A stretch of 64,000 nt of DNA from an uncultured Candidatus Saccharibacteria bacterium (lineage in GTDB: Bacteria; Patescibacteriota; Saccharimonadia; Saccharimonadales; Saccharimonadaceae): positions 4,853 through 68,852 of the forward strand of contig CAZVPV010000004.1 of NCBI GenBank assembly GCA_964629195.1. Direction: 5' to 3'. This document shows, in pieces, positions 9,650 through 17,300 of this stretch. Position numbers and translations under genes: made by a program. Below the pieces are notes generated by a model. That model saw only the letters and a program-made list of their open reading frames with translations, was not told where the DNA came from and did not search any database. The stretch's first letter is position 1, and the number at the start of each line of letters is the position of its first letter.

Positions 9650-10507
9650 ATGGCAGATAACGCCGAAACAGACGATGTAAAAGATAATTCAGTAGAGTTA
9701 GGTTCTACTACGACGGATTCATCAACCGACGAAAACAACAACCTGTCGACCGATACCGAGACTAGCACGAGGTTAGACTTTAGCGAGGAGTTCAAAGAAC
9801 CGACCACTGAAGATTCTAGCGAGGAAGCCAAAGTCGAAGAATCGGAAGACCGACCGGCTAAAGGCGCAGAGATGCGCAAACAGCAACTTAATACCGAAAT
9901 ACGCGATAAGGTCGCCGAACGTAATGCTCTGAAGCGTGAGATCGAGGAATTGAATCGGCAAAAGTATCAGCTAAAAAGCCGTGATGATTTGCCAACCGTA
10001 GACCAGCTACTGGAAGAAATTAATCCAGAAACTGGAGACTATTTCACGCGAACGGAAGCGCAATTGCTACTTCTGCAAGCTGAGCAAGAGCTCGATCGTC
10101 AGGCTCGCCAAATGGATGAGTATAACAATCAGCTCGTGGAAACCAATATAGCTTTGATGAATGAGGCTGAACGAGTTTTGAGAGACTTCCCTATGTTCGA
10201 CCCAAATTCTGACGAGTATGACAAAGACCTTGCATCGCAGGCTGATCGATTGCTCGACGCGGCAATCATACGGGATTCAAATACTGGCAGAATTATGGGC
10301 AGCCAGATTTCGCCATACGAGCTCTACGCGACAATTGCAAACGCAGCAGGCACAGCGAAAACTCGGGGCGAGGTCGCCGGGAGAAAAGCTGCACAAAAAA
10401 TGATGGCCAGCGTGGACGTCGTTGGTGGAGCGATAAATCCGTCCGGAGCGGAAAGCGATAATGATCCGTTTGCTAGAGGCTTGAAACGTGCGCACGACAA
10501 TCGCTGA
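9650..10507 (+). CDS. scaffolding protein (285 aa)
   Basis: Acidic low-complexity N-terminus plus a long coiled coil, located between portal and capsid. AAGGAG RBS. Confidence 0.65.
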   Translation: MADNAETDDVKDNSVELGSTTTDSSTDENNNLSTDTETSTRLDFSEEFKEPTTEDSSEEAKVEESEDRPAKGAEMRKQQLNTEIRDKVAERNALKREIEELNRQKYQLKSRDDLPTVDQLLEEINPETGDYFTRTEAQLLLLQAEQELDRQARQMDEYNNQLVETNIALMNEAERVLRDFPMFDPNSDEYDKDLASQADRLLDAAIIRDSNTGRIMGSQISPYELYATIANAAGTAKTRGEVAGRKAAQKMMASVDVVGGAINPSGAESDNDPFARGLKRAHDNR

Positions 10508-10548
10508 TCGGTATAACCAAATACCATTTAAGCTATAAGGAGAAAATT

Positions 10549-11490
10549 ATGGCAGATACTGCTACTACAGATACGCGTAATACTGACTACGCAACCAAAT
10601 ATGCAAAACAATTAGACCAGGTCTTTAGCGAAAGTTCCCTAACCGAGCGCTATGTGACCAAGGCGACTGAATTTAAGGACGATGGTGGTGTGGCTAGCGC
10701 CTACTTCCGCACGGTTGATACGAGCGACTTCCTTGGCCAGCATACCGGACCGACTTTTGGCACGCCGAGTGCAATCAAGAGCAATGTCGTGCGCAAAGAC
10801 TTGGAGATGTTCTATGACATTAACCAGGTGATTCCGAACGTCGATATCAACGATACGGCTGGTGCGTTGGCAGACGCGGCAGAAATTTTGGACACTGGCA
10901 TCCGCGAACAGTATGCACCGCTAGTTGATAAAATCCGTATTGCTACGGCAATCAAGGCAGCGACTACTTATGGTGGCTCAAACGTCGTGACGGCAACTGC
11001 TTCAATTATGGATGATATTAACACGATGATTGCAACGCTCAAGAACGTCCGTAGCTACGCCAAGACGCAGGCGATGTTTATCCCAGCAACCGTTGAACCA
11101 GAACTCGACAAATCCCTCTTTACAATCTATGCGCCAAACAAGAATGATAGTATCATCGAAGACGGCGTTATTGGCAAATACAAGGGTATCGAGGTGGTCG
11201 TCTTGCCAGATGAGCTGTTCAACACGATGGCACTCAGCGGCACTGCGCCTTACGGCAAAGCCACCTTTACTGCTAGCAAGGATATTAAGGCTGTACTGTG
11301 GGATAAGCGCGTCATGAAAGATGTGCGCAAACTCTACAAGACCTACGTGCTTACTGGCAAAGAAGCTATCGCGGCTGGCGTGGACGGTGCTTTGCTTCGT
11401 GGCTTGTTCCGCCCGGGTACTTGGGTAGTTGACGCGAACGGTACCAAGAAGGCTGTGGCGATTGTCAAAACAGTGGCGTCTAGCAAATAG
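10549..11490 (+). CDS. major capsid protein (313 aa)
   Basis: Position after the scaffold gene, size, AAGGAG RBS, and a hairpin following the gene. Confidence 0.75.
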   Translation: MADTATTDTRNTDYATKYAKQLDQVFSESSLTERYVTKATEFKDDGGVASAYFRTVDTSDFLGQHTGPTFGTPSAIKSNVVRKDLEMFYDINQVIPNVDINDTAGALADAAEILDTGIREQYAPLVDKIRIATAIKAATTYGGSNVVTATASIMDDINTMIATLKNVRSYAKTQAMFIPATVEPELDKSLFTIYAPNKNDSIIEDGVIGKYKGIEVVVLPDELFNTMALSGTAPYGKATFTASKDIKAVLWDKRVMKDVRKLYKTYVLTGKEAIAAGVDGALLRGLFRPGTWVVDANGTKKAVAIVKTVASSK

Positions 11491-11506
11491 CTAAGTTTCG
11501 CCTGAC

Positions 11507-11535
11507 GCACAGGAGCCCCGATGTGGCCCCTGTGC
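11507..11535 (+). terminator. hairpin after capsid gene (10-bp stem, one mismatch)
   Basis: GCACAGGAGCC..GGCCCCTGTGC; no clear U-tract. Confidence 0.35.
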
Positions 11536-11554
11536 TCTGCCCTTGTGTGACGGT

Positions 11555-11583
11555 TTGAGAATTCAGCGCATTTTTGTTATAAT
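11555..11583 (+). promoter_or_regulatory. sigma70-type promoter TTGAGA-17-TGtTATAAT
   Basis: Hexamers and spacing read directly. Confidence 0.5.
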
Positions 11584-11589
11584 TAGAGT

Positions 11590-11710
11590 GCCAAATTTAC
11601 CATTATTAACCGTTATGCAAAGGTATGAACGGGCGACTGTCTATTCATTGTAAGCTTTTGTATAACTTATGATGGTAAGTTTGGCGACTAAGACGGTCGC
11701 CCATTTTTGT
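11590..11710 (+). ncRNA. candidate ~120-nt structured RNA or leader (two long helices plus a U-tract)
   Basis: Helix A pairs 11590-11603 with 11672-11685 (14 bp). Helix B pairs 11631-11642 with 11691-11702 (12 bp) and is followed by ATTTTTGT. The RNA starts at the predicted TSS. Confidence 0.3.
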
Positions 11711-11750
11711 AGTATGGGCCGGCCGTAATATATAAGCAAGGGAGTATAAG

Positions 11751-12254
11751 GTGGCTACCATGAAGGAGCGCGTCGCACTAGAAGCAATCAGCCGCGAGCG
11801 CAAAAAGGCAAATGAAGAAAAAATAGATTATAGGTTGGCACTGTCTAGGGGCAATGAGGGGTATTATCATGCACTTCGAACTGTTTCCTTGGCTGGTGTT
11901 GCCACGCAGTGGTTGGCGATCATTGCGATGCTTATAGGTGTTATTGCTTCTAATGCTCCGACGAATGCTATTTCAGAATGGCTTTATATAATTCTATTTA
12001 CGGGAATTATCTCTATACCCCAAATGATTATTTCTAGCTATGTTGCCACCTTTAGCTATACCCCAAAAGGCGTTTGGGTCGCCTTGTTCACGATGAGTGG
12101 ATTGAGCATACTCGAAACCATATGGCTCTCCAAGCTTGCAGCTCTCTCCTTTGTTTTTATCTTGTGGGCAATGCTAAATATGAGAACCTACAATACGTGG
12201 TTCAGGACAACTTCGACCTTAATTAGCGACGAACTGAAACGCAAAAATAAATAA
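11751..12254 (+). CDS. membrane protein (167 aa, ~4 TM helices)
   Basis: GGGAG RBS before the GTG start; hydrophobic segments. Confidence 0.6.
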   Translation: MATMKERVALEAISRERKKANEEKIDYRLALSRGNEGYYHALRTVSLAGVATQWLAIIAMLIGVIASNAPTNAISEWLYIILFTGIISIPQMIISSYVATFSYTPKGVWVALFTMSGLSILETIWLSKLAALSFVFILWAMLNMRTYNTWFRTTSTLISDELKRKNK

Positions 12255-12268
12255 GCTAAGGAGAGAAG

Positions 12269-13051
12269 ATGGCAGCTGCAAAAAAGCACGATACGTCCAA
12301 TACAAATCGCCATAAGGCGTCATCAAACGAAAACGAGGCTAAGGTGAAGGAAGAAAAGCAAAATAAACGACATGGCAAGTTATGGATCATCCTCGCCATC
12401 ATATTGGCGGCGGTTTGTATTTGTCTCTATGTGTTTTTAGTCCAGTTCCCAATAGAGGAGGTGGAGAATGGTGAAGTGTCAGTGGAATTTTCTACCGAGT
12501 ATATTGACGACCCAGAGATGGAGCAAGGAACGGAAAAAATTGAGGAAGTCGGCGCCGAAGGCAAGAGGACTTATATCTGGAAAGTCAAAAGGAAGGGGTT
12601 ACTTACTAAGACGGAAGTAGACCGTTTTCTTGACCGAGTGGAAGAGACAAAAGCACCGGTCAAACAGGTTATCCGGCGAGGAACACGGCGGTGGCAGTAT
12701 ATGACATGTTCAGATGGTAGCTACCGGTATTATAATGATGAGGATTTTGCAAACGGCGCTGGGTTTACTCACGCGTCCGAAGATTTTTGTGCGAAAAATG
12801 GGCAGGGGAAAATGGTGGAGCTCGCTGACACTCCGCCTACACGTAGAGCCACAAATGCATACACATCACCGTATCGCCCATATACCTCTGGCTATGCGCC
12901 ATCCAATTCTACGCCTTCTCCAGATTTCACCTCAAATTACGAATCTCCTGCGCTCGATCAATACTCGCCGTCTGGATCAACGGATACAAATATAAGCAGT
13001 GGCTCGGACAAGTGGTGCGGCATGGTCGGCAATAATTACGTATGCAAATAA
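12269..13051 (+). CDS. membrane-anchored G5-domain protein (260 aa) with S/P/Y-rich tail
   Basis: AAGGAG RBS. It has an N-terminal basic region plus a TM helix. The segment VEFSTEYIDDPEMEQGTEKIEEVGAEGKRTYIWKV...VIRRGTR fits the G5 domain pattern. Confidence 0.6.
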   Translation: MAAAKKHDTSNTNRHKASSNENEAKVKEEKQNKRHGKLWIILAIILAAVCICLYVFLVQFPIEEVENGEVSVEFSTEYIDDPEMEQGTEKIEEVGAEGKRTYIWKVKRKGLLTKTEVDRFLDRVEETKAPVKQVIRRGTRRWQYMTCSDGSYRYYNDEDFANGAGFTHASEDFCAKNGQGKMVELADTPPTRRATNAYTSPYRPYTSGYAPSNSTPSPDFTSNYESPALDQYSPSGSTDTNISSGSDKWCGMVGNNYVCK

Positions 13052-13062
13052 ACCCCTAGACA

Positions 13063-13091
13063 TTGCCATTTTTCGACAGACGCGCTACAAT
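13063..13091 (+). promoter_or_regulatory. sigma70-type promoter TTGCCA-17-TACAAT
   Basis: Read directly. About 160-nt leader before ATG 13254. Confidence 0.5.
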
Positions 13092-13253
13092 GTAAGTACT
13101 AGCTTTTAAGCAAAGTCTACCTAAAAAGTACGGAGGCGATAGCAAGTGGAAAGAGCCACACGCACCGTGCTTTTTGGATAGTCGGGCTTGGGGATACGGA
13201 AAAAGTAAAAGATCCGCCAAGGTTAATTTGATTAACTCTTGGAGGATTTTCTT

Positions 13254-14393
13254 ATGCCATTAGCTGCACCAGCAGGTCAAAATAATAGGTGGGTGACTCA
13301 GTATAACGCACCAAGCAACGATTATGCTTGGTGGACGGGCGCGGATGGTAATATCTGGGCAAATGTCAATGGTGATGTGCAAAACCTAGGCAGGAATGGG
13401 ACGTCGGTAGAGCAGAAGAACGGGCTCGTGACTGGATATAGCGTGCCACTGTGGGCTAGTAATAAGATTAGCGACCCAAACCCTCCGGCGCGGCAAGAAC
13501 AAAATCAAGAACAAATACCGAAACAGCCAACGGCGCCTGCAGATGAGAACAAGTCTACCTACGATCGCAACGCAGTTAATTATTGGAACGGTGTCATTGA
13601 GCAAAACCAAAATCAGCTTAGTGGGCTAAATGGTCTGCTAGGTGAGCTGAATAAAAGCACGGACAGCGATTATGATATCAAGCGAAATGAGTTGCAAAGC
13701 GCGTATGACCGCTCCAAAGCTGATTATGAATCTAGCACAACTAGGAATCAACAGCAACTACAAACTAACAAGAATACCATCGCCGACCGCGCTTCACAGG
13801 GGCTACGCGGGTTGCTTCGCACGCTTGGAGCAATGGGTGCGGGTGGGAGCTCAGCGGCATTATATAATGCTCCAGAACTCGTTACGGCGCAGGCCAATCA
13901 AGAGCGTACCGGTGCAAACCAAACTTTCGGAGAAAACCAGCAGAAACTCGACACAAATTGGGGAAATTACAAAATCGATCACGAAAACGATAGGAAAAAG
14001 CTTGAAGATTGGAAGGCTGGACAAATCAGAGAGAACGAACAGAAAGTCCTTAACCAAAAGAATAGCTTACTACAAACTCTTGCTGATGCCTATGCGCAGA
14101 GGGGTAGCGCTGGAGCAGGCGCAGGCAATAAAATCAACGAGCTGACGGCACAGATGAAGTCTAACCAAAACCGTCTGAACGAGCTCAACCGCTTCATCGC
14201 GCCGCAATATGACGGTATGCGCGCCAACTATCAGGCTCCAACCTTGTCAAGTTATAACACTGGGGGCTCAAGTCTCACGACTGAGGTAAGCAATGCGCCA
14301 CAAGCTGGGATGAGCGCTAATATTACGCCGACGCTTGCAATGCTACTCGGTATTAGGGATCGGAAAGATAGCAACCCATACGCAAGGAGCTAG
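13254..14393 (+). CDS. Gln/Asn-rich coiled-coil virion protein (379 aa)
   Basis: GGAGG RBS before ATG 13254 (the track TTG at 13239 lies inside the RBS). Long helical repeats. Confidence 0.6.
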   Translation: MPLAAPAGQNNRWVTQYNAPSNDYAWWTGADGNIWANVNGDVQNLGRNGTSVEQKNGLVTGYSVPLWASNKISDPNPPARQEQNQEQIPKQPTAPADENKSTYDRNAVNYWNGVIEQNQNQLSGLNGLLGELNKSTDSDYDIKRNELQSAYDRSKADYESSTTRNQQQLQTNKNTIADRASQGLRGLLRTLGAMGAGGSSAALYNAPELVTAQANQERTGANQTFGENQQKLDTNWGNYKIDHENDRKKLEDWKAGQIRENEQKVLNQKNSLLQTLADAYAQRGSAGAGAGNKINELTAQMKSNQNRLNELNRFIAPQYDGMRANYQAPTLSSYNTGGSSLTTEVSNAPQAGMSANITPTLAMLLGIRDRKDSNPYARS

Positions 14394-14396
14394 GCA

Positions 14397-17300
14397 ATGG
14401 CAACCCTCATTAACTGGTCGGATGACTTGCGCAGGAAAAGATTGCAACCACAGGGTTTAGCTGGAACACTAAACAGTGGCTCGGCTGGAGTGCCCCGAAA
14501 TACTAATCTCGCGAGAAATAGCGCGAGAAATACTACGGTCACGCCGGCTCAGCTAGTGCCATTGAGCGCCCAAAGAAGCCTTAGCACCATGACAAATCCA
14601 CAGAATACGATTCGTAATTTTCGGACAAATCCTATGGGTCAAGCGACTTTCAAGACTAGCACCGCGAATACCGTGAGCTCTCCTGCGCCAAGTTCCCTGC
14701 CGGCAAGCGCACAACAAACTCCCGCACCGCAGTTAAATCTACAAAACAAGAACAATACTCCTAAGCTTAACACCCTAAGCGGCGCTGATAATACTACTTT
14801 CACGACAATGAAGAAAGCGACGTATGACCCAGCGCGCAATGCGAGCCTACGACCATCGCTTAACCCAGCCCTGAACCCGTCGCTTAGCCCTGCGCTCCGC
14901 ACTTCACTGAAACAACCGAATACAATGAATAATGCTTCAACTAGCCAGCAAGCTGACGATAATACGCAGGCGCAGGCGGCAGTCAACCAAGCTAAGGAAC
15001 GCTATAACTCGCTATTAGACAATAATAACGACTATTGGAATAAATATCAGTCAGCTCTTGCGACCACCAAGGATCAATATAAGGATATATTTGGCGATTC
15101 TCTCCAAAAACGCTCTGCTAGTCAAATGAGTAATGGTCTCAAGAAAATGCTCACAGAAGACGGCAGTCTGCCGTCCACGGGTGAAGATTTTATCAACAAG
15201 TACCGAAGTCTGTCTAACGACGACAAGTGGGAGGTCTGGCAGAATCTCCAGAAGTCTAAGAATACCCTGACGCAAGCAATTACTAAGGCTGATAACGAAG
15301 GTCAAGAAGATCTCAAGAACGCTTTCGGGACACTGCTGGCTGAAGTATCCGTCTATAACGATATTCTCGCAAATGAAGATAGGGGGAATAAATCTTTTGG
15401 CAAGTCTTTTGGAGACTGGATGACGAGTGGCGGTGTAGTGAGCAATATGGCTGAACCGGCTATAAATGCGGTTGGGACAGTTTCCGAAGCTTTGGGGAAT
15501 AAAGGCGGAGTGGCTACAGCTAGGGCTGTCTCGCAGAATAATGCTGTGCAGAATCATGGTAATAGCCCGGTTTTCGATGCCGTCAATTTTGGCGCTAATA
15601 CAGTCGGTAATATCGCAGCAAACACTCTGACAGGCGGAGCGTATGGGCTGGCTAATGCTGGGCTGGGAGTGGCTGATTCTGTGGCTTCGGCCATCACTGA
15701 CCGTAATCGCAACTATTACGCTGACCTTGATGGTAATATGGCTCGAGAAAACCAGACTACGAAGAGCAAACTAGCGGGAATTGGAAACTCGGCGCTGAGC
15801 GCTGGGCTGACGGTTGCTGGAATGAAGGGGATTGGGCCGAATATTAGTTTCAAAGACGGGCAGAGTCTGCAAAGTCTACTTTCAGACCGGAACTTCTCGG
15901 GAGTTGGCAAAGCTCTTGGGAAGTATGCCGCTAAAGAGCTGCCTTGGGCAATTGGCACGACGGCGGCGAGCCAAGGTATCTCGGCGCTAGGCGGAGATAA
16001 GAACTTCACGGAAGGATTTGGAACGGAACTTGCTAATAATATCGTCGGGGATCTAGCAGTCGACGTGGCGGGCGCAGTGCGGCAAGGGCGGAATGGTAAT
16101 CGTGATCTGTTCAAGCCAGGTGGCGAGAGTGACCCATCGGCGCTACAAACACTCGCCAAGCTCGGTTATAAAGCCAACGACGAGCTGAATAGACGCGGTG
16201 GGATTGGACTAACGACAAAACTAGTCGATGGAGCTAATCAGAAGCCAAACCTCAACCAGAAAGCTAAAAGTAGTCTCAATACTCTGAGGGAGGTGATGGC
16301 TGGCAGAAATACTCTCCGCCCAACCTATGCCGGTATGAGCGGCGACACTACTGGCAAAGCTACGAACGCAGGACTTAGTCGCAACTTCACCATCATCAAG
16401 GGTGGAGCGCCGGATGGAAGTAATTTAGTGAAGACGGACTATAATTTGTCGGGAAATACGTCAGCCAATAAGATAGGTCAGGCAATTCGTGACGTTATCG
16501 GTAAACGCTTCCAGGGCAAAACGTACAAAGTTGGCAATACAGCTACGGAAGCAAGTATTACAGCAAAAACACGCAACGAGATGGGATATCAGCAGAAAAA
16601 TATGTCAGATAGCGATTTTGTCAAAAAGGGCAGTATGGCAGGCAACCTCAATGAATTGATTGAAAATATGCAAGGGATAAGGAAGGTTAAAAATCATAAA
16701 ACTAGCAAAAAGCCGAACGTCGATCATTACATTAGCGGCCGCGTCGCCGTAGATCTCGGTGACGGGAAAGTGTATTATCCGAGGGTAGATATTGAAGTGT
16801 CTAAAAAAGGCAATGCTATTGGCTATAACATTGCCGATATAAAAGAGTTCCCGCGTTCGAGGCCTCGAGGACCTCTTCTGAGCGCGACCAAATCGCTCGT
16901 AGATGACACGGGAACTCATAGTCGTGCTTTGAGTATAGCACAAGACACCGATAATGTCAATATTAGAAACGACCTGAAATCATACTATCTGCGTTACGGC
17001 TCCGACTTCTACGACAAAATGCCCGAGAATCTCCAATCTCGCTACGATTCCCTCCTCGACGCTCAACCACGCGACCGAAGCGGGCGCTATACTGACCCGA
17101 TTACGGGAGAAAAGTGGATTGATGAATCTGTGAACTCAGGAATTGATACTCAAAAATACGTTCAGGAGCAAGTTGCCGCCCAAAAGGCAGAAAATAAGAC
17201 CCCCATCAAGCAAAAAGCCCAAGATACGATCGACAATCTCAAACATTACTTGGTTGACGACGCTGTAGCCTATGAACGCTACGTCAAAGATAAAGGTGAG

